From: a phage
Reading direction: 5' to 3' (one strand)
NCBI GenBank assembly: GCA_025830695.1
Contig: GCA_025830695.1_4111.1
DNA length: 64,000 nt
Both the position numbers and the translations under genes were made by a program. Shown here piece by piece: positions 13,419-23,569 of this stretch. Positions within the stretch are counted from its first letter, which is position 1. Each line of letters opens with the position of its first letter. The notes under the pieces are model-generated. The model was given only the letters and a program-made list of their open reading frames with translations. It was not told the DNA's origin and made no database searches.

Positions 13419-13432
13419 TAAAATATAATTAA

Positions 13433-13463
13433 AGCTCGGATGAATATCTGGGCTTTTTATTTG
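13433..13463 (+). terminator. intrinsic terminator
   Basis: AGCTCGGAT-GAAT-ATCTGGGCT (two G-U pairs) followed by TTTTTATTT. Confidence 0.6.
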
Positions 13464-13471
13464 GACAGATT

Positions 13472-13744
13472 TTGATGATAACTGATGATGGAAAATTTAG
13501 TTTCAAGGATGTAACATTAGTATCTAAAAACGGAAGATTCATGTTTGAAGATAGAAAAAATACCAAATATGTATATGAAGTTTCACATGATATGTTTAAA
13601 GTTTTATTAGTTGCATCAGCCCAAGCTGAAAGTACTGGGATTAAAAATAAGGCAAATTCTTTTAATTTTTTATTAAATCAATTGGAAATGACAGAAGAAC
13701 TTTTCACGGCTTTATTATATAATTCAGCCGATTGGATTCTATAA
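13472..13744 (+). CDS. hypothetical protein
   Basis: 90-aa ORF. Confidence 0.4.
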   Translation: MMITDDGKFSFKDVTLVSKNGRFMFEDRKNTKYVYEVSHDMFKVLLVASAQAESTGIKNKANSFNFLLNQLEMTEELFTALLYNSADWIL

Positions 13745-13767
13745 CACGTACACATAAGGAAATACAA

Positions 13768-14721
13768 ATGACCACACTATGGACTGAAAAATATCGCCCA
13801 CAATCAATGGAAGATTATGTATCAAAAAACGATGCACTACGCCAGAAAATGGAAGAATGGATTAAGACTGGTGACATTCCACATATTGGGTTTTTTGGCC
13901 CAGCAGGAACTGGTAAAACATCTGCGATCAAAGTACTAATTAATGGACTAGTTCAAAATGGACACCTTGATCCAAGTGATGTGACCACGCTTAACATGTC
14001 CGATGAAGGCATTGATGCTGTTCGTGACAAAATCGATGCCGCAGCAAAGCTATCATGTTTTGGTAGATATCGTATTTTTGTTCTTGAAGAAATGGAGCAG
14101 ATGAACCACAAAGCACAAGGTAGTTTGAAACGTGTAATGGAAGACTATCATGAAAATGCTCGCTTTATTTTAACAAGTAACGAACCACATAAAATTCAAA
14201 AACCTATCATTTCTCGTGTTCAAGTTATTACAATCGAAAAGCATGATATGGAACAATTCATGACTCGAATTTATAATATTCTTCTAGCAGAAGGTGTTGA
14301 TTTGAGTAGTGATGATAGTGTTGAACAAGTTCAAAAGTACATCAATGCTTCCTATCCTGATTTCCGTAAAACACTAAACGTATTGCAAAGTTCAGTTGTT
14401 GATGGTAAGCTAGTAAAACTTGAAGATAGTATTGAAAATTCAGCAGGGTATCGTACTGCAATTGTTGAAGCATTAAAGGCAGGCAACATTCGCCAAATGC
14501 GTGAACAAATTGTACAAAATATCCCTGATGATGAGATGGATGCATTTTTCTCTTACTTGTACAGAAATGCTGAAATGTTCAGTACTGATGAAATCACACT
14601 GATGAAGATTAAAGTTAAAATTCGTGATGCAGTTGTTAAGCAAGCAACAGTATCAGACCGTGAAATGAATCTTAGTGCTTTACTGTGTGAGATTGACCTA
14701 ATTTGTTCGGGGAACATGTAA
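13768..14721 (+). CDS. 44: sliding-clamp loader subunit (gp44/RFC-like AAA+)
   Basis: RFC box LWTEKYRP, Walker A GPAGTGKTS, SRV sensor; start at ATG 13768 after AAGGAAA. Confidence 0.85.
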   Translation: MTTLWTEKYRPQSMEDYVSKNDALRQKMEEWIKTGDIPHIGFFGPAGTGKTSAIKVLINGLVQNGHLDPSDVTTLNMSDEGIDAVRDKIDAAAKLSCFGRYRIFVLEEMEQMNHKAQGSLKRVMEDYHENARFILTSNEPHKIQKPIISRVQVITIEKHDMEQFMTRIYNILLAEGVDLSSDDSVEQVQKYINASYPDFRKTLNVLQSSVVDGKLVKLEDSIENSAGYRTAIVEALKAGNIRQMREQIVQNIPDDEMDAFFSYLYRNAEMFSTDEITLMKIKVKIRDAVVKQATVSDREMNLSALLCEIDLICSGNM

Positions 14722-15347
14722 TGAAACCACGTTGTATAGTTTTTGATTGTGATGAAGTTCTATTGGACCATATGGGTATGCTTTCTGAGTTTGTAAAACA
14801 AACTTATAATATCACACCATCAACACCATACCCATTAGAATATGATTTATCAGACTGGTTGGGTGTTCCTCAACCTGAAGTTAAAAAGATTCTTGAACAG
14901 TTCAACCAACAATCATATTTGTTTGGGTTGTTAAAGCCAGTCGAACCAAATACAGTTGATATTGTACAAGAGCTACGTGATCGTTTTCATAAAGAAAAAT
15001 TCGTAGTACTCACAAAATGTGGTAAAAAAGGCTATGGTGAAGTTTTACGAAATGTAAATCTAATGCGTGAATTTGGTGAAAACTGCTTTGATGAGATTAT
15101 TATCATAGAAATGAATGAATCAAAGAAAGAAGCATTAGAGGATTTACAAACACGATATGATGTAAAACTAATGATTGATGATTATATCAATAATATTGAA
15201 ACTGCTATGGGTCTTGGTATTCCATCAGTTATGATGGGATGTTCTCATAATACTATGTATAAGAATCATAGTGGTTTTGAATATATCGAAAACTGGACAG
15301 AACTTAGACTGAAAATTTATTCAGTACTAGGTAAATATTACAAATAA
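14721..15347 (+). CDS. HAD-superfamily hydrolase (putative nucleotidase/phosphatase)
   Basis: HAD motif I FDCDEVL, motif II VVLTK, motif IV MIDDY; start overlaps upstream stop (TAATG). Confidence 0.5.
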   Translation: MKPRCIVFDCDEVLLDHMGMLSEFVKQTYNITPSTPYPLEYDLSDWLGVPQPEVKKILEQFNQQSYLFGLLKPVEPNTVDIVQELRDRFHKEKFVVLTKCGKKGYGEVLRNVNLMREFGENCFDEIIIIEMNESKKEALEDLQTRYDVKLMIDDYINNIETAMGLGIPSVMMGCSHNTMYKNHSGFEYIENWTELRLKIYSVLGKYYK

Positions 15348-15359
15348 AACTTTTAAATT

Positions 15360-15385
15360 GGGGTTTGATTCAAACCCCTTTTGTT
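15360..15385 (+). terminator. intrinsic terminator
   Basis: GGGGTTTG-ATT-CAAACCCC followed by TTTTGTTG. Confidence 0.7.
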
Positions 15386-15443
15386 GTATTTTAAAAGTAG
15401 TAAATAGTATTATATGTGCTAGTTTTTAAGGATAATATAAAAT

Positions 15444-16007
15444 ATGGACGATTTAGATTATACAGATAATGCTATTCAGCAGTTGTATGATAACAGTGGT
15501 ATGTTAGATATACTTCTTGCTGTAGAGAAATATTTCGATGATAATGATTTATATGCGTATAAAGGAATTATTGAGGGTGAGTTGGTAGAGGGGCCAATTG
15601 TAAGTAAGTATTGGTGTACTGTTACATTTAAATACTATCGTGAAAATTTTCCCGATCCTACCGCATTCTCTATTTTAGAGAAACATGGAACTAAAGTATA
15701 TGTTAAAGCTGATTATGAAATAACTCCTATTAAAGAACCAAATCGTCAAGCTGACATGAAAAGTGTAGCGACACAATCTGGCTCTGTACGTATACCAAAA
15801 AATGAAAGAATCCCAGTACTATTGGTTAGAGTGCAGATTCCACGAAACTTGATTAATCCAGAAAGTTTTGATGAATATAAACTAATGGCAGCAGAATTCA
15901 ATAGTAATCCAATGAATTCTCCTGAGAATATTGAAGAACCTGTAACTGGTGATGATGTGGATTTGGATGTAGAAGTAACGGATGAGACACAAGAAGGTGG
16001 AATGTAA
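15444..16007 (+). CDS. hypothetical protein
   Basis: 187-aa ORF, acidic C-terminus. Confidence 0.55.
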   Translation: MDDLDYTDNAIQQLYDNSGMLDILLAVEKYFDDNDLYAYKGIIEGELVEGPIVSKYWCTVTFKYYRENFPDPTAFSILEKHGTKVYVKADYEITPIKEPNRQADMKSVATQSGSVRIPKNERIPVLLVRVQIPRNLINPESFDEYKLMAAEFNSNPMNSPENIEEPVTGDDVDLDVEVTDETQEGGM

Positions 16008-16687
16008 TGAAAAAGAAATTAAATGAACAAGGCTTACGTCCGCAAGTTCTCAAAGATTTGATTCATCCTATCATTAGTGTTGATGAATATACTCCTAAAA
16101 TTGAAGATAGTAATATTGTTATTATGTTTCAGGTACTTAACAACTTTGATGCAGCATATGATTTATCTTCTTTTATTGAAAAATCACCTATTGACGTAGT
16201 TGATACTGAAGCAGCAGAAACACCAAATCTAGATGGTCGTTATCAAGTTTATGTAGAAATGGAACGAAATGCTGAATTCCCAGAAAAACTATTACGTTTA
16301 ATTAAAACAATTGAAAATATTTGCCCAGACCCTGGTTGGAAAATCCAACTATATGGTGTTAATGATCCAATCGATGTTGATTTTGAAGAAATACAGCAGA
16401 GAATTGATTTGGGTATTCCTAGTTCAATTAGTGAGTTTCTTGATTACGCTGGTGTTTCAGTAATCAAAGAAGGAAACATGTTGACATTAAAAACAGCATA
16501 TGGTAAATTACATTACAGTACTGGAAGCGGTTTTGTTTCAGAAACATATGTGAAAAAGTTATTAAAGAATGATACACAATTAGACACTTCGCGTCTTAGT
16601 TCCATACTAGGGGAAAGCTATACAGTACTACGAAGTGGTGATCAATATGTAATTGGAAGAAACGGGAAATATTTGGTGTTGCGATGA
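16007..16687 (+). CDS. hypothetical protein
   Basis: 226-aa ORF, start overlaps upstream stop. Confidence 0.55.
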   Translation: MKKKLNEQGLRPQVLKDLIHPIISVDEYTPKIEDSNIVIMFQVLNNFDAAYDLSSFIEKSPIDVVDTEAAETPNLDGRYQVYVEMERNAEFPEKLLRLIKTIENICPDPGWKIQLYGVNDPIDVDFEEIQQRIDLGIPSSISEFLDYAGVSVIKEGNMLTLKTAYGKLHYSTGSGFVSETYVKKLLKNDTQLDTSRLSSILGESYTVLRSGDQYVIGRNGKYLVLR

Positions 16688-17502
16688 GAATTTTAAATAT
16701 GCTTAAATCTCTTCACGAAACAACCAAATTACATCAGGATGAAAAGTATCGTCGCAGCCTTACTAAAGATTTAGCATGTCGTATGTATATGCGTAGATTT
16801 GAAATTTCAAGAATTGGTAAAGGCTGGGATGATGTAAATCGTGAAGACATTGATCCAGATGCAATTTTTAAAGCATACATGGCTAGAAAAGTTTTCATAA
16901 ATGAAAAAACTTTTTATATTGATAGTGATAGAGAATTAGAAAATAAATTTACAAAAGGTTTATGGAAGATATGGTGTGTTGAAGTATTCGGTGAAGTATT
17001 ACCTGAGCCACCTGTTCCAGAAACTTATAAAGATTTAAAAAGTATTTTTGATAATGAACATATACATTCAAATTTCTCATTATATGATACTGTGTCAGAA
17101 GCTGTATTTTATGGTGAGTTACATGGTCATAACAAATACTTTGATAGTATGGTTAGTTTTGATTTGTTTTGTCACTTGCCTGGTGTATCAAGTTGGACAT
17201 GTGACCAACACAGAGCAAGTAAGATTGATAAGCGAAAATTCTCGGCCCAAAGATTTATGCAAGTTGCTATGAGTATGTATAAACTTGATTATCTTGGTTG
17301 TCCAGAACCATATAAACATTTTTGGAAAGAAAGAGCACAAAAATGTTTAAACTATTGTATAATCCGTTTAATGGACACATACATTCTTAAGTTTAGAAAT
17401 GCAACTGTATACGACATGCCTGAACCACCAAAGAATGAAAAATATCCACCTGTCAAGACATTTGTATGGTACAAGGATAAAAGTAACAAAAGGATGCACT
17501 AA
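16684..17502 (+). CDS. hypothetical protein
   Basis: 272-aa ORF, ATGA overlap. Confidence 0.55.
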   Translation: MRILNMLKSLHETTKLHQDEKYRRSLTKDLACRMYMRRFEISRIGKGWDDVNREDIDPDAIFKAYMARKVFINEKTFYIDSDRELENKFTKGLWKIWCVEVFGEVLPEPPVPETYKDLKSIFDNEHIHSNFSLYDTVSEAVFYGELHGHNKYFDSMVSFDLFCHLPGVSSWTCDQHRASKIDKRKFSAQRFMQVAMSMYKLDYLGCPEPYKHFWKERAQKCLNYCIIRLMDTYILKFRNATVYDMPEPPKNEKYPPVKTFVWYKDKSNKRMH

Positions 17503-17520
17503 GGTGCGTCCTTTTTTCTT
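17491..17520 (+). terminator. intrinsic terminator overlapping stop codon
   Basis: AGGATGCAC-TAAG-GTGCGTCCT followed by TTTTTTCTTTT. Confidence 0.65.
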
Positions 17521-17528
17521 TTCAGGTG

Positions 17529-17557
17529 TTGACATGTGTAGTCGAAGTATGTACAAT
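17529..17557 (+). promoter_or_regulatory. sigma70-type promoter
   Basis: TTGACA-N17-TACAAT. Confidence 0.55.
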
Positions 17558-17598
17558 ATCACCATAGCGTAAATTTTAATTGATTATGAGGTTTTATA

Positions 17599-18726
17599 AT
17601 GAAAGGTAAATATTTTTTCATTGAAAATGGCAAAGAAGTTGAGATTCAAGAATTTAACTATAATTATGTACTGAACTCTTTATTGAAACAATATGACCGT
17701 TCATCAAACAAAAAATACATTTACAATGTAATTGTACGTCGCACCTATGACTCGCTGGGTAATCCGTTATTTGATGTAAAAACTCTGTCATTAGATGAAA
17801 TCTATTTTGATAATAAACGTCTGAAAGTTCTTGATTTAATGAAGGATAAAATTCATTTTAGTAATATTAGAATTGATCCTAACATGCCAGTACCGCCATT
17901 AGAGCGTGAATATCGTGAATGGAAAGAAGGTCGTGCCAAACCACGTTTAGACTTGGTACAAACATCACCAGATGTACCTGCACCTATTGTTCTTAAGAAA
18001 AAACCTATCAACCCAGACGATAGCAGAATTGATGACATTGAAAGATGGGTTGAATTCCCTAGTACTATTGAAAAGAATTCAGTAAAAGTACTAGACTGGT
18101 TTGTAAACTTACCAGTTTGTGCACAAGAAATTGGAACTAAGATTCAACAAATTTCAGAACGTCAATTGGATCTTAACTCAGCATTACAACAGCATAGTGA
18201 TTATATTAGAATGCTTATGAATAACCTTACTGTTGCGTTGGAAACGTTGTTCCCATTGAAGCCGACCTTTACACAGAAATTGTTTGGTAAAACTGATATC
18301 AAAGTGCAACCATCAGATTTGCCAAAAGTGATGAAAGCACTAAATGAAGCAGTTAAGTATGACACTAATAAGTTTAGTGGTCTTAGTACGATGTTTTCAG
18401 AACTTAGAAACGAAGTTAATGAAATCAAAAATGAACTTGAATATGGTAAGTTGGGTTGTGAATACGCACTACGTTGTGTGGATGATGCGTTTGAATATGA
18501 ATTAACATTAGAACGTATTATGAAAATGGGAATCACCACCTCCATGACTGAAACGAGCATTATTGCAACAAGTAAGCAATATCAAGTTGATATGAATCGT
18601 ATGGTAGATATTCAAACTATTACTATTCCTTTGATTATCAATCGTTTACAATCACAGACAGGTAAAGCTGTGGATGAGAGTACTGTAGAAATTATTCGTA
18701 ATCTGGCATATGGTAACAAAGAGTAA
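17599..18726 (+). CDS. hypothetical protein
   Basis: 375-aa ORF, RBS GAGG. Confidence 0.55.
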   Translation: MKGKYFFIENGKEVEIQEFNYNYVLNSLLKQYDRSSNKKYIYNVIVRRTYDSLGNPLFDVKTLSLDEIYFDNKRLKVLDLMKDKIHFSNIRIDPNMPVPPLEREYREWKEGRAKPRLDLVQTSPDVPAPIVLKKKPINPDDSRIDDIERWVEFPSTIEKNSVKVLDWFVNLPVCAQEIGTKIQQISERQLDLNSALQQHSDYIRMLMNNLTVALETLFPLKPTFTQKLFGKTDIKVQPSDLPKVMKALNEAVKYDTNKFSGLSTMFSELRNEVNEIKNELEYGKLGCEYALRCVDDAFEYELTLERIMKMGITTSMTETSIIATSKQYQVDMNRMVDIQTITIPLIINRLQSQTGKAVDESTVEIIRNLAYGNKE

Positions 18727-18735
18727 AAAAAATAC

Positions 18736-18764
18736 TTGACTATCATACGTGCTGCCCGTATAAT
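18736..18764 (+). promoter_or_regulatory. sigma70-type promoter
   Basis: TTGACT-N17-TATAATGTTTAT. Confidence 0.6.
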
Positions 18765-18812
18765 GTTTATCACAGAGCAGCACATCATATTAAATTAAAC
18801 GAGGAATACTAA

Positions 18813-19949
18813 ATGTCCGAGAAAGAAATCAATCCTAAAAAAGCATCCACCGCAGCTAAATCAGCAAAACGCACTACTAAAACTGCGTCTAAAGGTCATA
18901 CAATTGATGCAAGTGATATTTTTAACCAAACTACAAAATCACTACCAGTACTGAAAGATGTTAAGGGAAATACTATGTCTCTAACAGTTCAAAACATCAA
19001 TACTGTTGGTACAACTGCTGGTGCTGCTGTTGGGCGTTTGGCTGATGAAATTATGTCTAAAGTTAATGTAACGGATGACAATACCGAGTTTGGTAAATCA
19101 ATCACCACAATTCTTACGTTGACTCGTGCAGTTGATATTGATAGTCTTCAAGAAGATAAATCAATTGTTGGTCGTATTAAGAAATTCTTTGTTAATGCTC
19201 AACAGAAAGTAGGTGATCAGTACAAAAACAGTAAAGAGCAAATTGACGAAATTATGAAAACTCTTCAAACTGGTATTAATCGCCAGCACGGAGAATGTGA
19301 ATGGCTTGATAAAGCATATAATGAAAACAAAGAATATTTGTTTGAATTACGTGATACATTAGTTGGTTTAGAAGAAGTAACTAAAACACAAGATGCATTA
19401 TTATTAGAAATGCAAGCAGACAAAAATGTAGACTCTTTTGCTATTCAAGAGCAAAAGATGATTTGTGAAGCACTTTCTAAACAAGAAGATAAGATTCGTC
19501 GTCTTATCATGATGTGCGAGCTAAGTGGTCCACGTTTGATGAGTATGAAAAAAGTAAACTTGAACACTGTTTCTAAGTTTGAAGATTTAAAATCTGTTGT
19601 TATTCCAGCATGGAAGTCTCAATTGGCTGAACAGTTAATTTCCGAGCGTCAACGTAAGGATAATGAACTAGGCAATCTAATTGATAATGAGACAAACCGT
19701 CTTTTGGAAACTAACTCTAAAATGGTTGCAGCAAATATGTTGGACGCAGCAAAGGCAAACAACCGTGGTATTGTGGATATTAAAACCTTGCGTAATGTAC
19801 ATAAAACGATGATTGACAGTATTGAAGCAGTTATTGAAGAAGAGAAAAAAGGTAAATTGGAACGTGAACGTGCTAAACAGGAAATTGCCCAACTTTCCTA
19901 TGAACTGGAAGACACTCTTCGTGAAATTGCCGAAAAAGCTAACAAGTAA
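18813..19949 (+). CDS. hypothetical alpha-helical/coiled-coil protein
   Basis: 378-aa ORF, RBS GAGGA. Confidence 0.55.
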   Translation: MSEKEINPKKASTAAKSAKRTTKTASKGHTIDASDIFNQTTKSLPVLKDVKGNTMSLTVQNINTVGTTAGAAVGRLADEIMSKVNVTDDNTEFGKSITTILTLTRAVDIDSLQEDKSIVGRIKKFFVNAQQKVGDQYKNSKEQIDEIMKTLQTGINRQHGECEWLDKAYNENKEYLFELRDTLVGLEEVTKTQDALLLEMQADKNVDSFAIQEQKMICEALSKQEDKIRRLIMMCELSGPRLMSMKKVNLNTVSKFEDLKSVVIPAWKSQLAEQLISERQRKDNELGNLIDNETNRLLETNSKMVAANMLDAAKANNRGIVDIKTLRNVHKTMIDSIEAVIEEEKKGKLERERAKQEIAQLSYELEDTLREIAEKANK

Positions 19950-19952
19950 TAG

Positions 19953-19981
19953 TTGACATATGAGTGCGTTTTTAATATAAT
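19953..19981 (+). promoter_or_regulatory. sigma70-type promoter
   Basis: TTGACA-N17-TATAAT. Confidence 0.55.
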
Positions 19982-20004
19982 CTTATTGAAAACGCACTCT
20001 TTTT
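19962..20004 (+). terminator. intrinsic terminator whose loop contains the -10 of the adjacent promoter
   Basis: GAGTGCGTTTT/AAAACGCACTC stem, 16-nt loop, followed by TTTTT. Confidence 0.55.
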
Positions 20005-20028
20005 AATGTACAGATAAGGAACTAACTT

Positions 20029-20718
20029 ATGAAACGTCGTCATATTAGTGTTGATATTGAAGCTCTTGGAACACCTGAACTTTCCGGTTATGATATTATT
20101 ATCCCAAATTACGCAGCAGTAGTAGTTCCAAGTAAACCTGAAAATGACATTCGTCAGTTCTTATATATTAAATTACCATACCAGGATCAAGTTGCTGCTG
20201 GTTTAAAATCAGACGCAGGTGCAATGGATTTTTGGATGAATACATGTCAGAAAGAATACCCTAATGCATATTCTGAAGTTGCCAGTACTATGAAACTCAA
20301 AGCACCTGAACTGTATGGACCGAATGGTCAATCACGACGATTTTTTGCATACAGTAGTATTGTTGATTTCTGGAAAGAATTACGTTACAATGATTATGGT
20401 GAAGAAGTTCCTCATTCAGTCTGGGGCAACGGATGTAACTTCGATTGTAGTATTTTACAAGCAAACCATTTAAAACTAATGAACGCTGGTGAGTTGTGGA
20501 AGTATGATGCACCTGAAAATGCACGCACATTGAAACGTTTATTGAATGAAGAAGCTCGTATTGAAATGGATGAAATCGTTTCGGTACAGTTGGATAAATT
20601 TATCAGATATGCAAATACGTGTGGGATTAATGGGTTGGAGTTACATCACCCACTGTTTGATGCAGCACGTGAAGCAATCCAGATTTCATTCTGTCTAAAC
20701 AAGCTTAAAATGGATTAA
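20029..20718 (+). CDS. DnaQ-like 3'-5' exonuclease (DEDDh), DexA-like
   Basis: Exo I SVDIEALG, Exo II GNGCNFD, Exo III HHPLFDAARE. Confidence 0.65.
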   Translation: MKRRHISVDIEALGTPELSGYDIIIPNYAAVVVPSKPENDIRQFLYIKLPYQDQVAAGLKSDAGAMDFWMNTCQKEYPNAYSEVASTMKLKAPELYGPNGQSRRFFAYSSIVDFWKELRYNDYGEEVPHSVWGNGCNFDCSILQANHLKLMNAGELWKYDAPENARTLKRLLNEEARIEMDEIVSVQLDKFIRYANTCGINGLELHHPLFDAAREAIQISFCLNKLKMD

Positions 20719-20721
20719 TAC

Positions 20722-21816
20722 ATGAATTTCATTATTCTGTTAATACCTGCTCTTATCGTTGTATTCGTTATGAAATACATGTACGATAAGCATATCAGTA
20801 CTAAAGAACTATTGATTCATATTGGTTGTTGTCTGGTTGGTGCGGCTCTTGTTCTTGGTATTTCATACGCAATCAACTATAGCCAGCTTTATGATGTTGA
20901 GATTCTGAATGGTCAAGTAACTTCAAAATACAGCCACAAAGAATATTGCACACAATCTAGTTCATGTAAGCACTATACATGGCATGAGAAGTGCCATACG
21001 CGATATGATAGTAAAGGTAAATCACATCGTGAGTGTGAATCATATAAGGTTTTTGATTACTCATATGAAGTTGATTGGTATGTGAAAAGTACAGTAGGTG
21101 AGTTTGAGATTGAACGTGTGAACCGTCAAGGTACAATGACACCACCACGTTGGCAGCAAGTTATGATTGGTGACTATGCCGCCGCAGAGAGTTCATATAT
21201 CAACTATCTATTTGCTGATAAGAACTCATTGTTTAGTCCTGAAGAACTACACAACATGTATGATGAAAAGTATCTTAGTACTATTCCAGAATACCCAAGT
21301 GTAGTTGATTATTACAAAACACATCACGTAATTAACACTACAAATTACAACGTTGATGGTTACGATGAATACCTTCGTAATGAGCTAAAAACGATGGGTG
21401 CACGAAAGCAGGTAAACATCCAAGTACTAGTTTATGATTACAAAGATGTGGATTTTGTTGATGCTACCCTTGCATCGTGGCGTGGTGGTAAGAAGAATGA
21501 TGTTATTATGTTCTTTGGTATTGACAATGATGGTAACGTTGTCAAATTTTACAGTACATCATTTGCACAAGGAATGAAGAATGAAGAGTTACATGCAAAG
21601 ATGCGTATTGATGCATTAAATGAAAAATTAACTCTTGACTTACTAGTTAAAGAAGTACATAATATTGACACACAGTTTGAGAGACTCTCTAATAAAGAGT
21701 TTGAGTACTTGTCAGTAAAAATGGAACCTAGAAAAGATGTTCTTATCGGTGCTTCCATTGTTTTGTTGATTCTGTCTATTTTCATTGGCCTTTATATGAG
21801 GGATAACGATTTATGA
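20722..21816 (+). CDS. membrane protein (N- and C-terminal TM helices)
   Basis: Hydrophobic N-terminus and C-terminus; Cys/His-rich central part. Confidence 0.55.
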   Translation: MNFIILLIPALIVVFVMKYMYDKHISTKELLIHIGCCLVGAALVLGISYAINYSQLYDVEILNGQVTSKYSHKEYCTQSSSCKHYTWHEKCHTRYDSKGKSHRECESYKVFDYSYEVDWYVKSTVGEFEIERVNRQGTMTPPRWQQVMIGDYAAAESSYINYLFADKNSLFSPEELHNMYDEKYLSTIPEYPSVVDYYKTHHVINTTNYNVDGYDEYLRNELKTMGARKQVNIQVLVYDYKDVDFVDATLASWRGGKKNDVIMFFGIDNDGNVVKFYSTSFAQGMKNEELHAKMRIDALNEKLTLDLLVKEVHNIDTQFERLSNKEFEYLSVKMEPRKDVLIGASIVLLILSIFIGLYMRDNDL

Positions 21817-22367
21817 ATGGTAAACTCCTTGCGTTAATTGGTATTTTGGTAGTTATTGTACTAATGGTGTTTGGTTCTATTAGTATGTATGTTGGTGCAC
21901 ATGATCGTGCAGTTGAGTTTGAAGGAAACATTAAAAAGTACTATGATGCATCTGAAAGTCAACTTAGCAATTATACTCTTACTATTCAAGATAAGGTTCA
22001 AGTAGCAGATAAGTACAAAAATGCGTTGAAAGAAACGATTGAGTCATACTTTAAAGGGCGTGAAGGTGTTGACCAGAAGTTTGTAATGTCACAGATTCAA
22101 CAACAGGTTCCAAATCTTGATCCTAAAATTTATCAGGAATTGATGGTGACAATTGAAGCAGGACGTACAAAGTTCAACAATCTTCAGAAAATGAAAATTG
22201 ACCAGTGTACTGATTATGCTAAGTTCCGCAAAGGCTTCTGGAATTCCAAAATTCTTGATTCGAATACGTTTCCAAGTGAAAATATTGAACACCTTTGTAC
22301 AGTAGTATCTGATACACGTACCAAGAAAGCAATGGATACTGGTATTCAAGAATCAATTAAACTATAA
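21813..22367 (+). CDS. N-terminally membrane-anchored protein (weak LemA-like resemblance)
   Basis: N-terminal TM helix then about 160 aa helical domain; ATGA overlap with upstream gene. Confidence 0.5.
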   Translation: MNGKLLALIGILVVIVLMVFGSISMYVGAHDRAVEFEGNIKKYYDASESQLSNYTLTIQDKVQVADKYKNALKETIESYFKGREGVDQKFVMSQIQQQVPNLDPKIYQELMVTIEAGRTKFNNLQKMKIDQCTDYAKFRKGFWNSKILDSNTFPSENIEHLCTVVSDTRTKKAMDTGIQESIKL

Positions 22368-22376
22368 TTAAATGTT

Positions 22377-22401
22377 GGGAGTACTTTGTACTCCCCTTTT
22401 C
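22377..22401 (+). terminator. intrinsic terminator
   Basis: GGGAGTAC-TTT-GTACTCCC followed by CTTTT. Confidence 0.65.
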
Positions 22402-22414
22402 TATGGGGTGTACT

Positions 22415-23002
22415 ATGTTTTTAAAAAATACTTATGAATTAATTAAAATGCTTCAAAATATGAATTCCGGTGGCTTGTTTCCCTATTACTCTGAGGATGA
22501 AACTCATCGTTTAGTCCTTAAATTGGATGAAACTGGACGTATTATATCACTAAGAACAACAGTCCCCAGTGTAGAACCAGTAATTACCAAATCAACTCAA
22601 AATTCAGGAACTGCTGTTAAAACACCACAAACATACAACTCTAATTACCAACAACCACAAATGTACACGATTAGCACTCCACCTATTAAACGAGTTGCTT
22701 GTATTGTGAATATAAAAGTATCTAAGGACTATCGCGACTTAATATCAGTTGAATGGTCAGAACTAACATCATCATTAGCAACAAATGGATTTGTAGTAAC
22801 AAATACAGGTCTAGCACAAAATGTGAAAGAAGGACAACAGATCATGAGTGCATTGTATCTTAGTAATGGTTGTGTTATCATCAATGGTAAGTTGTATAGC
22901 GATGCCGACCCCACTGCATTCACTGAAGATTTGATTGGTGATAAAGAATACAGCATTCTAGAAATTATGAATTTGAAAAAGGTATATGAAAACCATGACT
23001 AG
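22415..23002 (+). CDS. hypothetical protein
   Basis: ORF-track ORF trimmed to ATG 22415. Confidence 0.5.
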   Translation: MFLKNTYELIKMLQNMNSGGLFPYYSEDETHRLVLKLDETGRIISLRTTVPSVEPVITKSTQNSGTAVKTPQTYNSNYQQPQMYTISTPPIKRVACIVNIKVSKDYRDLISVEWSELTSSLATNGFVVTNTGLAQNVKEGQQIMSALYLSNGCVIINGKLYSDADPTAFTEDLIGDKEYSILEIMNLKKVYENHD

Positions 23003-23567
23003 ATTTCATCAGGATGATTTGCCATTTATCCAAGAACTAGAAGAACTGGTGATAAGTATTATGGATGAAATTAGTACTTGGGATATAACAGTTTTTCGAA
23101 ATGTATATGATAAAGTTGTGAATTTTAAAAATGTTAATATTGAAGTAAAACATAATAATTTTTACTTAACAAAACAATTCATTCTAACTCGACCAGGATC
23201 AAAGCCAGTTAAACGTAATTTATCATTCGGACACCTGATTGGTGCAGAAAATGTACATGATGAATGGGTTGATTCAATCTATTCGTATACAAAAGAACTT
23301 ATTCCTGATATTGAGAAAAAATATTATCTTAGTATCACATTAGATGAACAAGGAAAACTAAATGCGTATTCCATAAATTCATCAGCACACGTTCCATTAC
23401 ATTCAACGTCAATTGGTGATAAACAATTACTAATCGATTCATCAACATGGCACAATAGGGAAAGTTTCTCCGCTGAAACTTTTCAGTACTCGGTATCTGA
23501 ACCAAAGTCTCCATTTGATTTTGTGTTTGTTAATAACATCCTTTTACGTTTTGGTGTAGGAGTCTAA
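22986..23567 (+). CDS. hypothetical protein
   Basis: 193-aa ORF. Confidence 0.5.
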   Translation: MKTMTRFHQDDLPFIQELEELVISIMDEISTWDITVFRNVYDKVVNFKNVNIEVKHNNFYLTKQFILTRPGSKPVKRNLSFGHLIGAENVHDEWVDSIYSYTKELIPDIEKKYYLSITLDEQGKLNAYSINSSAHVPLHSTSIGDKQLLIDSSTWHNRESFSAETFQYSVSEPKSPFDFVFVNNILLRFGVGV

Positions 23568-23569
23568 TT

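Noticed and set aside
18813-19949. TelA-like (toxic anion resistance) assignment for the 378-aa coiled-coil protein
   Set aside because: Only a vague resemblance in size and composition; no motif I can name.
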